Assembly: GCF_947568905.1 (NCBI RefSeq)
Contig: NC_079167.1
Coordinates: 67,890,001 to 67,954,000, forward strand
Reading direction: 5' to 3'
DNA from: Ostrea edulis
Lineage: Eukaryota
DNA: 64,000 nt
The number at the start of each line of letters is the position of its first letter. The stretch's first letter is position 1. The notes under the pieces are model-generated. The model was not told the origin of the DNA. It ran no database searches and saw only the letters and a list, made by a program, of their open reading frames with translations. A program made the translations under genes and the position numbers. This document shows positions 23,634-35,559 of this stretch, piece after piece.

Positions 23634-23846
23634 CGGAAGCCGATAGGCATGGAAGCCGATAGGTGCCAGGGTATAGAATTAATATTCAGTTAACTGGCGG
23701 CCGCCACTTATTATCCGGCGGCCGCCACTTATGAACCGGCGGCCGCCATATAAATTAAGTGGCAGCCGCCAGTTGATTTATCTGGTGGCCGCCACTTAAT
23801 TTACCTATAGTGGCCACCACTTTAAAATTTAACTAATCGGCTTCCG
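23634..23846. mobile_element. MITE with TA target duplication and internal GGCGGCCGCC palindromes
   Basis: CGGAAGCCGAT / ATCGGCTTCCG termini, TA at 23632-33 and 23847-48; about 6-7 (T)GGCGGCCGCC(A)-like motifs inside. Confidence 0.85.
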
Positions 23847-23880
23847 TACAGGTCATTTGGCAAACAAGGTTCAATCTCTA

Positions 23881-24588
23881 TGGCAAGCCCTTTTACAATT
23901 TATTCGTAAAATAAGATATCTCTTTAAATAAGAGAGATATCTTTATTGGTTAAAGAGATGTCTCTGTAAGTTAAAGAGATATCTTTTTACGCTAGGGAGA
24001 TATCTCTTTCACTTTAAGAGATATCTCTTTAAACAAAAGAGATATCTCTTTTGTTTAAAGAGATATCTCTTTAAACAAATGAGATATCTCTTTACGCTTG
24101 GGAGATATCTCTCTTTCTCTTTGAGAAATATCTCTCTATCGATGTAAAAAGAGATATCTCTTTAAATCGTCAAAAAGAGATATCTCTTTAATATCTATCT
24201 CTTTGAGAGATATTTCTTTTTCAACGATTACAGAGATATCACTTATACTTTGAGAGATATCTCTTTAGGAATCTTAGAGAGATATCTTTTTAAGTGAAGA
24301 AGATATCTCTCAAAGTAAAAGATATATCTCTCAGAGTAAAAGAGATATCTCTTTAAGTGAAAGAGATATCTCTTAAAATGAAAGAGATATCTCTTTAAGT
24401 GTAAGAGATATCTCTAAAAGTAAAAGAGATATCTCTCTAAGTGAAAGAGATATCTCTTATTTAGAGAGATATCTCTTAGGATTAAGAGATATCTCTCATT
24501 TTAACGAGATATCTCTTTAAAATAAGAGATATCTCTTTAATTTAAAGAGATATCTTATTTTTCGAATATATAGTAAAAGGGCTTGCCA
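23881..24588. mobile_element. MITE with TA target duplication filled with AGAGATATCTCT palindromes
   Basis: Perfect 16-bp TIR TGGCAAGCCCTTTTAC / GTAAAAGGGCTTGCCA, TA at 23879-80 and 24589-90; more than 30 GAGATATCTC motifs. Confidence 0.9.
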
Positions 24589-25488
24589 TAAATCTCACCA
24601 AACAAATACTGCAACCACTGAGTCGTCGCAACCGGTCACATATTTATACATATACCGTATATATAACACAATAATTAGTATCGTGCATATCGCTCTTCAC
24701 ATTCGATGAATTTCATAGCTGAGAATTTTTGATATGTCAGTCTTCATATCAGGTGAAGATAATCTATAGCGAATTACAAATTTCTATATTTCACATAAAT
24801 CTGTGTACTGCATATAGATTTGTCTTCGCTTGTACTAATTTCACGATTTCCCCCAAGTAAATCTATGTTCACAGGTCCCCCCCCCCCTACCTTTGACATT
24901 CATTCTAGATATATATTATGGGTACATTACCCGTATATATTCATTGGTGTTTTGATTTCACGATATATTGGACTATATACTGTAAAAAAAACAACAACAA
25001 AAAAAACAACGAAAATTGGAGTCCAAACTCATGAGCTAGACATGAAATTCAAAGTTTGAGGCATCTGGCCCTTGATAGGACTTTATGGACACAATACGTC
25101 ACAGTGACGCTCGTACCATTTTAAAGAACTGGGATTTCCCGGGAAGTTTTAAAAGAAAGGTGATCCTTTAATTACATTTTGTACATAATTTCAAAGTTTG
25201 CAATGGTGCCAGTGGGAATGACAAATTCTTCGAACATAAATAAAAATCTCACGTTAGGAAGATGCATAAAGATACGATAAAATTACGGTCACTATGCACG
25301 GTGTCTGTTTTCCTTTTTCTGGGTCATTGTAAGCAGGGGAAATAACTTATATTAATTAAGAAATGGGTTTAATAAGATACTAAAACATGCACACGTGGTA
25401 TATTTATTTAGGATTGGCCTTATTTTGATGTTTTAAAAAGAGTGGATGTTACTGTTCATTTGGATGAGGCATTTTTCGCGCCTAAATT

Positions 25489-25513
25489 TGTGTGTGTGTG
25501 TGTGTGTGTGTGT
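25489..25513. repeat. (TG)n microsatellite
   Basis: Direct observation. Confidence 0.95.
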
Positions 25514-26948
25514 CATATCAAAAGTTCTGATGTTACGCAATTTACTCGTAAAAGAACTGGTTTAAAAAAAAAAGAGGAAAAGATTCAGCTCTGTAGGATT
25601 TAAAATTATTGATCGCTGTGTTAACAAATGACGTTTTTCCTCCAAGAACATCCCAAATAACAGGAGTCGAAGCATTCCCTTGTAAAAGCTCTAATTATCA
25701 TCTCCTAGTAAAAGAAGAGTTAATTTTACGTTAATAGTATAACCTGGTAAAAGGGAAGAAAAACTTGGCAGACTTATTTCAGTAGGCCCAGTATAAAATC
25801 GATAGTACTGCACACACATCAAAAACCCTAACTTGTGCAGGAGCGTCACTTTCTCAGATAATACGTTGTTTACCTGGGCAGTCAGATGGTGGAGAGGGCG
25901 TGATGAGAGTAAACACTTGGAGGGTTCGCCTTATTTCCATTTTTGTTTTAATTGGATTTATTCATTCCAAACGGGTGAGTATTCGTGTCAGTTGCAGAAT
26001 CTATTTAGAGACTGGGACCTCTCTCTCTTTATCTTTCTCTCTCTCTCTCTCGGTCAGTCAGGAGCTTGATTACATCTAATTGCGAGAATTTACAAAATTT
26101 TCAGGAGTGTTGTGGTCAGATATAAGTTTTTGTTTCCCTATGCAATAATTGTATTCTTGAAATGCATGCTAAAGACGTTTATATCGATAAGAAGTAATTA
26201 ATTTAGCCTATATTACAGTTAAAATCAAAATTTAAAAACACTGGTAATTCAGTCTGTATATATTTTCTATATCACCAATGTATATTAGAAATTGGGGGGA
26301 AATCTGTCCTTTTGTACAGATCTCATACGGACATACACATGAAAATGCATGTTTTAATTTTAATAAACATATTCAAAAATTGATGCTTTTCCCCATTTTA
26401 AACCAAGTAACGACGACAAATACGGAATATGCTATTTGAAACTGAATAAATCCTATTTGTATAGAGAAATTTTAGTTTAGATAATAATTGACAATCTAAA
26501 ATCTATATGCCATGATATAGCGAACCATTGAAATACGAAGGAAGTGCTTTTAAAAATCTGGCTGTGGTGGTCCTAGTATTCAGTGAAAAACACAATGAAA
26601 AATTGGTCCATATCGAAGCCATTTAGGAGGAGCATCAATATTATTTGTGAGGAACTGCGTTAATGATTCAAGTCAATTTGCTGAATGTCCTTTTATTTTC
26701 CTTTTTTCTATTATCCAATGAAATGAGACAAAGACTTCCAAAGAAAGCGAAAACAATGAAGGGGAAAATAATGGTAAATGGGCCACATCCTGCATAGTGT
26801 TGCATGACTTACTCCAACAGATGAAAGGGTCACGATGTTGTGATCAGTACAATTGAACTAATTTTAAACAAATTTAGAACTCACGTATAAGATGGTGCCA
26901 AGTACCAATGAATTTACCGACTTGCTGGAACGAAGAGAACCCCGGATG

Positions 26949-27025
26949 TAGCTGCAGAACTGTAGCTCTCTGAAAAAAATATTGTCCGTTACAATATTTT
27001 TCAGAGAGCTACAGTTCTGCAGCCA
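26949..27025. mobile_element. 77-bp foldback element with 9-bp TSD (Mutator/MULE-like)
   Basis: Near-perfect arms GCTGCAGAACTGTAGCTCTCTGAAAAA..TATTGT / ACAATA..TTTTCAGAGAGCTACAGTTCTGCAGC; CCCCGGATG directly repeated at 26940-26948 and 27026-27034. Confidence 0.8.
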
Positions 27026-27669
27026 CCCCGGATGAAGCTAGCCTACTTGGTCTACGCTGTGAATAGTTGAAATTTTTGCACATTATCATGGTTGTATCTT
27101 TACCTGAAACAAACGATAAGAAACGATGATTTATAATGTGCAAATTGATCTAGAATCAATGTTTGATATAAACTATCTAAGAGCATTGCTGTACGATACA
27201 AAGTTCTAAACTTAATTGCAATGCAAGTTTGTTTTAAAGTGACGATTAGTTTTCAATGTAATTCAATCAATTAAGATTCATTTCAAATTACGGCACTGAA
27301 ATACTTAAGAATCGCGTGTCTTTTAGAACTAAGTTCCAATGGAATGATGGGATATCCATAATAGATGAAGGTCTATTAAACAGTTCTGCACGGGTAATAA
27401 AATCATTCCGAGGCCGGAAACCTCATCCCAAACTGAGCAATCAAAAAACCTGGTAAAAAAAAAATGTTGGATAATTTTAATCTCTTTTAGTGTAGCAATT
27501 CAAAAATCCTGCAAACGGACAACCGATGAAACCAGAAAACCTCTATGGTGGTAGTGATAGAGTAATCCTATTAAAGGTGTCTACCCGTACGAGCGTCAAC
27601 ACCGTGGTCTGAGTATCAGTCGTGTCTGTAAATACCAATAACCTAGAGTACATGGAATCTGATGGACAC

Positions 27670-27810
27670 CAGATAAAGTTGAAACTGTCACTATGTTCAG
27701 TATTATACGAAAATTACAGATAAAGTTGAAACTGTCACTATGTTCAGTATAATACGAAAATTACAGATAAAGTTGAAACTGTCACTATGTTCAGTATTAT
27801 ACGAAAATTA
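27670..27810. repeat. 47-bp tandem repeat, 3 copies
   Basis: Units at 27670, 27717 and 27764. Confidence 0.95.
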
Positions 27811-28825
27811 CTTTGTTTTGTTTGTTGTTTTACGCCTTCTTGAGAAATTTTCTCTCACCAACGGGAAATGCGCAGCCTGTTTCTACGTAATAGTATATCA
27901 AAATGACTTTGGGGTGTATGTTTCTACCAACTTGTCAATAAGACAATCACGGAAAATTACCTTAAAAACCTCTGCATTTTAATGGTAACACTCCCCAAGG
28001 GCGAGACGGGAATCTTCCAGGTTTTTACAAGGCTGATACCGACATCTTCTGGAATCGCATATCGATCGTACGGCTGTGATTAGATTAGGGGAATATACCC
28101 ACATCTAATCATATAACTGACAAAAGCTAATAAAGTTCATCTGTTGGACAGGACTGTTGATGACATCCAAGGTCCGCCACATTTTGATGTTTATTGGAGT
28201 ACGTGTTTGTTCCCTCGCGCAGTCTCCCAGGGCTAGCGCTGCCAGTACAATTCCGGGTTTTAATTTCGGAGGCTTTGGATTTTTTTTAATTTGCTACTAT
28301 GAATTGTCCATTAGCTTGGCGTGGACAGGTTATCTTATGTAGCAAATTCCATCAAAACAGCTGTAAGGCATCTCAAACAAATTACGTTTCATCTGAGCCA
28401 TGGGTCAATGCTTCAATATTAAGCGTTTCCTCAAGAGAGTTTTACGATGTTGACATAATAGATTTAGTTCTTCTTTTTTCTCTTGAGAACATCTGAACGA
28501 AAGTTTGCCTTTGTCGTAAGAATTTATATGTTCAAATTTATAGACCAGGAATCCGGAAAGACGTCGTCTTCATACGTTGACAGTTTTAACGTCGGTGAAA
28601 CAGAACAACTTAATATACATGAGGTTCATTCTCGATCGGAGACGGAGTCTCGGGTCATGCGTAATCCCTACAAAGGGCTTTGGGCTCTTCACACCCTCAA
28701 CGAAGACTAGGCTTCCTTTACCTAGGCTTTTAAAAAAGATTCACAGTATTATATTATGATAAATCCTAACCGAATCGGACAGCAGACATTGCTTATATAA
28801 ATACTCTCCGTAGCCTACTTCTGTT

Positions 28826-29400
28826 TAGGCTTCCTCTGTCTAGATTTCCCCTGTCTACGTTTCCTCTGTCTAGCCTTCCTCTGTCCAGGCTTCCTCTGTG
28901 TAGACGTCCTCTATCTAGTCTGTCTAGGCTTCAAATCTAGGCTTCCTCTGTCTAGGCATCTTCTATCTAGGATTCCTCTGTCTGGAGTTCTTGTCTAGGT
29001 TTCCTCTGTCTAGGTTTCCTCTGTCTGGAGTTCTTGTCTAGGTTTCCTCTGTCTAGCCTTCCACTGTCTCGGGTTCCTCTGTCTAGGGTTCCTCTGTCTA
29101 GGTTTTCTCTGTGTAGGGTTCCTCTGTCTAGCCTTCCTCTGTCTGGAGTTCTTGTCTAGGTTTCCTCTGTCTAGGTTTCCGCTATCTAAGTTTCCTCTGT
29201 CTAGGTTTCTTCTGTCTTGGGTTCCTCTGTCTAGCCTTCCTCTGTCTGGAGTTCTTGTCTAGGTTTCCTCTGTCTAGGTTTCCGCTATCTAAGTTTCCTC
29301 TGTCTAGGTTTCCTCTGTCTCGGGTTCCTCTGTCTAGCCTTCCTGTCTGGAGTTCTTGTCTATGCTTCCTCTGTCTAGGCTTCTTCTGTGTAAGGTTCTT
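28826..29400. repeat. ~15-bp minisatellite (TTCCTCTGTCTAGG-type) with higher-order duplication
   Basis: Dozens of imperfect units; a block of about 100 nt containing CCGCTATCTAAG occurs twice. Confidence 0.9.
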
Positions 29401-29720
29401 GTGTCTTAGTCATCGTATTTAGGATTTCGATACTCTAAATATAGGGTTAATGTAACCCAAGCTCAAGTGAGCGGGAATGTATATCATGATACAGTGAGGT
29501 TAATAGAAATCATAGATAAGTCAAAATACCACAATGACATGATACAACGTTTATTGTTTGTAGTTTTTACGCTCCTTCGAGAATTTACCAGCTGTAGGTG
29601 AAGTACAACTTTAGAGCTAAGCTTTGCGCTAAGTGCCGTAGCGGTGGGGGTTATTTAACGTACCAAACGCTCTAACCACTGATGTACCGCGATCGGTCAT
29701 AACACAGTGATTAGTATGTT

Positions 29721-29920
29721 ACAGTTAGGTTACTATGGGTACGGTTAGGTTACTATGGGTACGGTTAGGTTACTATGAAGACAGTTTGGTTACTATGGGT
29801 ACAGTTACATGTAGGTTACTATGAGTACAGTTAGGTTACTATGGGTACGGTTAGGTTACTATGGGTACAGTTACATGTAGGTTACTATGAGTACAGTTAG
29901 GTTACTATTAGTACAGTTAG
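29721..29920. repeat. 20-bp minisatellite GGTTACTATGGGTACAGTTA
   Basis: About 9 imperfect copies, two with an ACATGT insertion. Confidence 0.9.
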
Positions 29921-30075
29921 ATGATTTTGATACTTTTTTCCTTTTTTGGGGGGGGGGGGGGTAGTTTTACAGTCATTTCAGGGTTTTTCACTCATATCGT
30001 GACGTCACCAGCAGTATAGGTGAAGTTCGACCAATATCTCATACTAAAGATGATCGACTCTTATAAAATATAGTG

Positions 30076-30485
30076 CAGGGGCGGATCCAGGAATAGCGGT
30101 TGGGGGTGCAACTTTATGAGGCAGGGGATCTTGGGACAAAACCCCCGGAAGCTCCGGGATTTTACAGATTTTATAGGGCCTGAGATATGTCTCCTATGTA
30201 GTCATTTTTAATATTTTCTGTCATTTTTGATAAGGTGAAATTAATAAAATGACGCAAATTTTAAGGGTTTTGGAAAAAAAGAAAGTTCTCCCAATAAAAG
30301 TTACTAATTAATTCCTGGATTCAGTAGATTAAAAGACTTTGTCATTTATTTCTCTGAGAGTGGAAGAAATTATTGCTTCTTTTATCGTTTACATTTTTCT
30401 GAATAAAAGACCACGATTTACTTTAAATTTGAATATTTGGGGAGGGAGGAGGGGGGGGGGGGGGCGCAGCCTAAAACCGCCACTG
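30076..30485. mobile_element. MITE with CAG(G/T)GGCGG termini (related remnants at about 19290-19370 and 30855-31070)
   Basis: CAGGGGCGGATCC ... CCGCCACTG; internal GATATGTCTCCTATGTAGTCATTTT also found near 19330. No clean TSD. Confidence 0.55.
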
Positions 30486-32029
30486 CAGTGTGCCTATATC
30501 AGATATAGTGTGCTCATAATACAGTTTAACATAATACAGTTAAGTTAATATAATGCATTGTGCTTACAGTAACATTATGACTTATATAATTTAATTATGA
30601 CGGTATAATACATCAAGTACCCGGCGTAGGAATACCTACTTTGGGATACGGATAATTTATCGTATGAGTGATATCCACTGGATAAAGAGTTAATATATGT
30701 GATAAATGACAGATAACTTAATATAATACAGATAGATTCATAAAATACCCTTTATAATACGTTGTGTTTTATGTAATACAGTAAGATTGATTTGAATTAG
30801 GATACTGTATCATATCTAGACCCTGAAGATGAATTGAAACAAGGAAATAACTTTTCAGTGGCGGATTCAAAATTTTATGAAAAAGAGTGTCAAACATTAA
30901 AAAGGAGGGAAAGAAAAGAAAGCCCCCCCCCCCCCACCCTAAAATAATAGAATTATTGGTTAATGAAAATTAAAAGAAAACAAGGGTCAAAGGATATTCT
31001 CTGTAAAATTATGGAAAGCTCAGTTAAAAAAAGGGGATGGGTGGGTGGGCTGTCCCCCTAATCCACCTAGGTGTATGAAGCAGAATCTACTCCATGAATT
31101 GGCCTAAGTTTGTATAACATTTATTGTACTTGTACATTGTGTATAATATAAATTTATAATGCAAAAAAGAAAAAAAAAATATAGGATTTACATAGAACTT
31201 TCGAGTTTCTGTGTATGTAATGAGTACTGTTTTAATTAAAGTCTGCTTGTAATTAACTTAAAGAAAATAAAGTTGTCATAAAATAAAAAAATAAAAACAT
31301 GAAATATATAAATCCCAAATATCATGCAAAAACATTTTTACAATTCCTTTGATAAACGATTTGGTTTTCTCAGCTGAAAGGATTTCTCCATAAACAATAT
31401 TATGCCACGACACCAAACGACAGAGGCAATATTTCACAACAAATGCTATCTTTTTACCTTGGGCTCAGACATTGCACATAAACTTGCTGAAAAACTATAG
31501 GATCATGAACAGCCATAAATCAAACCCAGAGCCGAAGGAAAAAGAATTATCCGGACTGGTTTACAAATATCTTTTCTGAGGTATCCTTATTGATTGTCAA
31601 TGCGCATTGGTAAGTCGAAACCCCCGAGCATCGAAGAATCGACAAAATAAAAAAAATATACAAGCATGAACAATTGACACATAAAACACGCTATGTAGAA
31701 AAATGACCAGGACCCAAAATGCTGCTAATTAAGGAAGCCATAGCCTCGTCACTCGTCGGTTTCTGCAGCACGTAGACTGGAGCGTTGCTTCATTAAATGG
31801 TCATTTTGATCTCTTAGGACGTAGAGTAAAACAAGACAGAAACAGACAGCGGATTCCAATTAGAAACTTGGCTTTGTTTGGGCACAGAAATCTACTAGTA
31901 AAAGCCGTGGAATATAAATATTTCATGTGATTAATTTATCAAACAAATCTAAACAAGGAGTATTAGGTATACCATGAACGACAAACTAATTATCTGAGTT
32001 GTGAATAAAAACCAAAACCACAAGAACTT

Positions 32030-32837
32030 GACGTTGCAAAACAATCAGGGGTTCTTTTGTTGCTTTGCTCTGCAACATCAAGAGCCTGTATTTCAAGGTA
32101 AATTTTTAAAAGTATAAAGACATTGTACATTTTGGATATATGAAAATATACTAATACATGTATTTTGTATTTGTTATCAATAGATATATGTTAATGAATA
32201 CCCTCAGTTCCAAACATCAGTAGTTTTGTCCCCCACCCCCACCCCTTTTTTTAAACAAAAGATTTCAAAGATACCGGTACGTCATGTATATGTGAACCAG
32301 TAGTAAGAAAATCTCCGTGCCGTTTTCTATACAGAACTTATTCATATCTTCGCAACTGCTAGTAGTTTTAATACATGTACCAAAACAAGGCTTGATAATA
32401 TTTTATTACTTCTGTCAGTTCTGGACCTGTTCTAATTGTAAGATTTCTCTGGGTGTACATTAGGTCCAAACTAAAAATCGCCAAAAGGTGTAAAACCTTT
32501 TCTACTTTAATCGTGCAACTTCTCCAAGGAATATCTTATGACAAATCCCAAATCAATTTCACCACGATTTCAAGTTTATAAGCAACATGATACTCTTCTG
32601 CACTCCCCCTGCATTACCGCAAAAACATATTCTCACACCCCCTCCCCTTCCTTGTATACACAATCTGACTGATTTCCTTAGATGTAGAACTGTTTCTCTC
32701 CTGGGGGAAACAATTGGGATTGGTCATGGTGCTACAGATTCACCCTCACCTCTAACCCCCCCCCCCCCCCCCCGAGTTACAGTTCCGCAGCTATCCCCTA
32801 CACAGCTTCAATGTCTGACAAATTGTATAGTTTTTAA

Positions 32838-32881
<44 letters not shown>

Positions 32882-33985
32882 TGTCCGTCCGTCTGTCTGT
32901 CTGTAATTTTTTTTTTTTTTTTTAAACATTTTCGACATCTTCTCCAGAACCACAAGGCCGATTTTAACCAAACTTGGCCAAAAGCATCCTTGGGTGAAGG
33001 GCTTTCAAGATTGTTCAAATGAAGGGTCATGCCCCCTTTAAAGGGGAGATAATCACAAAAATAGGGTGGGGTCATTTAAAAATCTTCTTATCAAGAATCA
33101 CTGGGCCAGAAGAGCTGAAGCTTCATGACATAGCGCAAATTCACGTTTGTTAAAAAACATGGCCCCCGGGAGCAGGATGGGCCACAATAGGGGATCAAAG
33201 TTTTACATAACTGATAAATAGCAAAAAAATCTTTAAACATTTTCTCCTTAAGAACCATTGGGCCAAAGAAATTTACATTTGCACGAAAGCTTCCTGACAT
33301 AGTGCAGATTAAAGTTTATAAAAATCATGGTCCCCGGGGGTAAGATGGGGCCACAGTAGGGGATCAAAATTTACATACAAACATATAGGGGGGAAAATCA
33401 TTAAATATCTTCTGAAAAATTACTGGGCCAGAAAAGTTTACATTTGTATGAAAGCTTCCTGACATAGTCCAGATTCAACTTCATAAAAATCATGGCCCCG
33501 GGAGTAGGTTGGGGCCAGAATAGAGATCAAAGTTTTACATGCGAATATATAGGAAAAATCTTTAAATATGAGCCTAGGTGACTCAGGTGAGCAATATGGC
33601 CCATGGGCCTCCTGTTTGATAGTGAAGTATAATATATGTTTCTTTGTTTCAGTACAAGTACTGTGGGGAGGGATGCTGTCCACATGAATTCTGTGCATAT
33701 CACAAAATCTGTTATCCAGTCATACACTGCGATCCCACGTGTCCAGACGGAAGCTGTCAAAATGGACTATGCTTTCCTGCAAAACCATGCAGAAGGAACT
33801 TTGAATGTGGCTTTGCTGAAACCTGTACATTCAACTACAATCTTGGATACGATACTTGTCAGTACAATCTGAATATTGGAGATACTCTATGTTATGACCG
33901 CAACGGACATGCTGTCTATAATCCGAAACCTGACGAAAGTCCATTCGTACACGACAGCTTTAACAACAAGAGGGATAACTTATGA
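32030..33985 (+). CDS. Small cysteine-rich, probably secreted protein (partial model: exons ..32097, 32419-32437, 33653-33985; start codon unresolved)
   Basis: Phase-consistent splicing (AAG|GTAAAT phase 2; 19-nt exon CAG|...|GTAAGA; TTTCAG| phase 0) gives GVLLLLCSATSRACISSSGPVLIYKYCGEGCC...KRDNL*; 14 Cys in the last exon; AATAAA at 34154. Confidence 0.6.
32831..33617 (+). mobile_element. Complete HINE (non-autonomous Helentron) with 166-bp satellite core, intronic
   Basis: 5' ACTCACCTGAGCTGAAAGCTCAAGTGAGC hairpin, GTCC/GTCT microsatellite, about 2-3 satellite units, 3' CTCAGGTGAGC...GGCCCATGGGCC hairpin and TGTTT. Confidence 0.9.
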
Positions 33986-34589
33986 CACTAATCATCCGAA
34001 TGTGCGTGACTGAAAAATATAGAAAAAGTTATTTTTTCAGCATTTGGGTCATAATCGGGGTCAAAATCATTTAAACCATTGGACTAGAATCAACATTATC
34101 CATTATTCAGCTTGAGTTGAATTTCCTATTGGTTCATTTGAACTTGTTCAAGCAATAAAAAAAGAGGATTATTTGTAAATGAATGTCTTTTATTAACATT
34201 ATTTATACAAGACATTCAAAAAAGAAGCCAACCATTCTGACAGAGATCTCTTGAGATAAATACATAGTGCTCATGAGGATGGCCCACTTCACAGTAATCT
34301 TAAAGTGAGCTATCATTATAATCACTATTTACACTGTCAATGTATTATGTACAAATATTATAATTGTTGATACAGATTTATAACAATGCCTCTTGTTAAA
34401 ATTATATGAATTTCTCTGTTTCAAAACAAATAAATATTTTCTTTTATATCTTTAGATTTCTCTACACATCCAACATGGTTAAACTTTATTACAAGTATAA
34501 CATATATTTATCATGTATATGTATTTAGCACTTCTGCTTCGTAGCTGCTCAAATTAAAACAAAAATTTAAAATACAATATTTCAGTACA

Positions 34590-34591
<2 letters not shown>

Positions 34592-34644
<53 letters not shown>

Positions 34645-34653
34645 TCTCTCTCT
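34592..34653. repeat. (CT)n/(GA)n microsatellite
   Basis: About 30 units with one interruption. Confidence 0.95.
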
Positions 34654-35559
34654 GAAAATGGAATGTTTCTGATTCAAAATGAAAACAAAGATAATGAATG
34701 TGTAATAAGTTCTGGAATTGATTTTGAAATTTTGATATGTTCATTTTATCTTCCTAAGAACATTATTTCACCCTTTGCATGCTTTTAAAAAACTGACAAA
34801 GAATTGTTGTGCATGTATATATGGTTTGGGCCTTCAGCTCCCTAAAATAATTCCTGAAATTTAAGGTTTAAATCATTTTGATTCAGAGTGTGTGAACTTT
34901 TTTATATATGTTATTTGTTTTAGAGAATCATTGATGATCTTAAGATTTCCTGGATTTTAATTTTTTTGGGGGAAAAGGTGCACCTTTTCTTATTGTTTTC
35001 CTCTCTTTGTGAACAAGATTCACATGATCTTACAAACATATCTTTCAAAAATACACGTGTCTCATTAATATAATTAAAATGCTCACAACAAATTTGATTA
35101 ACAAATTCACAACCATTCTTAATATATATGCTCAAAATTTTTTTAAACATGAAAAAGTACATAGAAAATGATGAACAATGGGAGCAGTGCTTGCTGTCTG
35201 AACTCGTATGTACAAAAGGAGAACATCGAATCTGCACTGTGTGGCTAAGTATAAAATGTTACACTTTTAACAAAATGGAAATTCTCACAGTAATACACAA
35301 TAGTTCAAGACATTCCATGAAAAATGCGTGAATGATACCAAGTGACTAGTCCTAACAGACTATTGTTTCATGATATGAAAAATAGTGATGTATCCCGTAT
35401 ATCATGTCATCAAAATTTGAATTAATTATTCATATAGCACCAATGTATGAAATTTAGCACTTGCATTCTTCAGGAATTGTCTCCGATTAGGGTAACACAC
35501 CATCAACAGTACCATGGAAGTGGTGTTCTCCACTGAACCATAACACTCTTACTACCCGA

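Noticed and set aside
28483-28759. Coding-looking ORFs beside the minisatellite
   Set aside because: No homology recognised and no supporting exons; not enough evidence to call.
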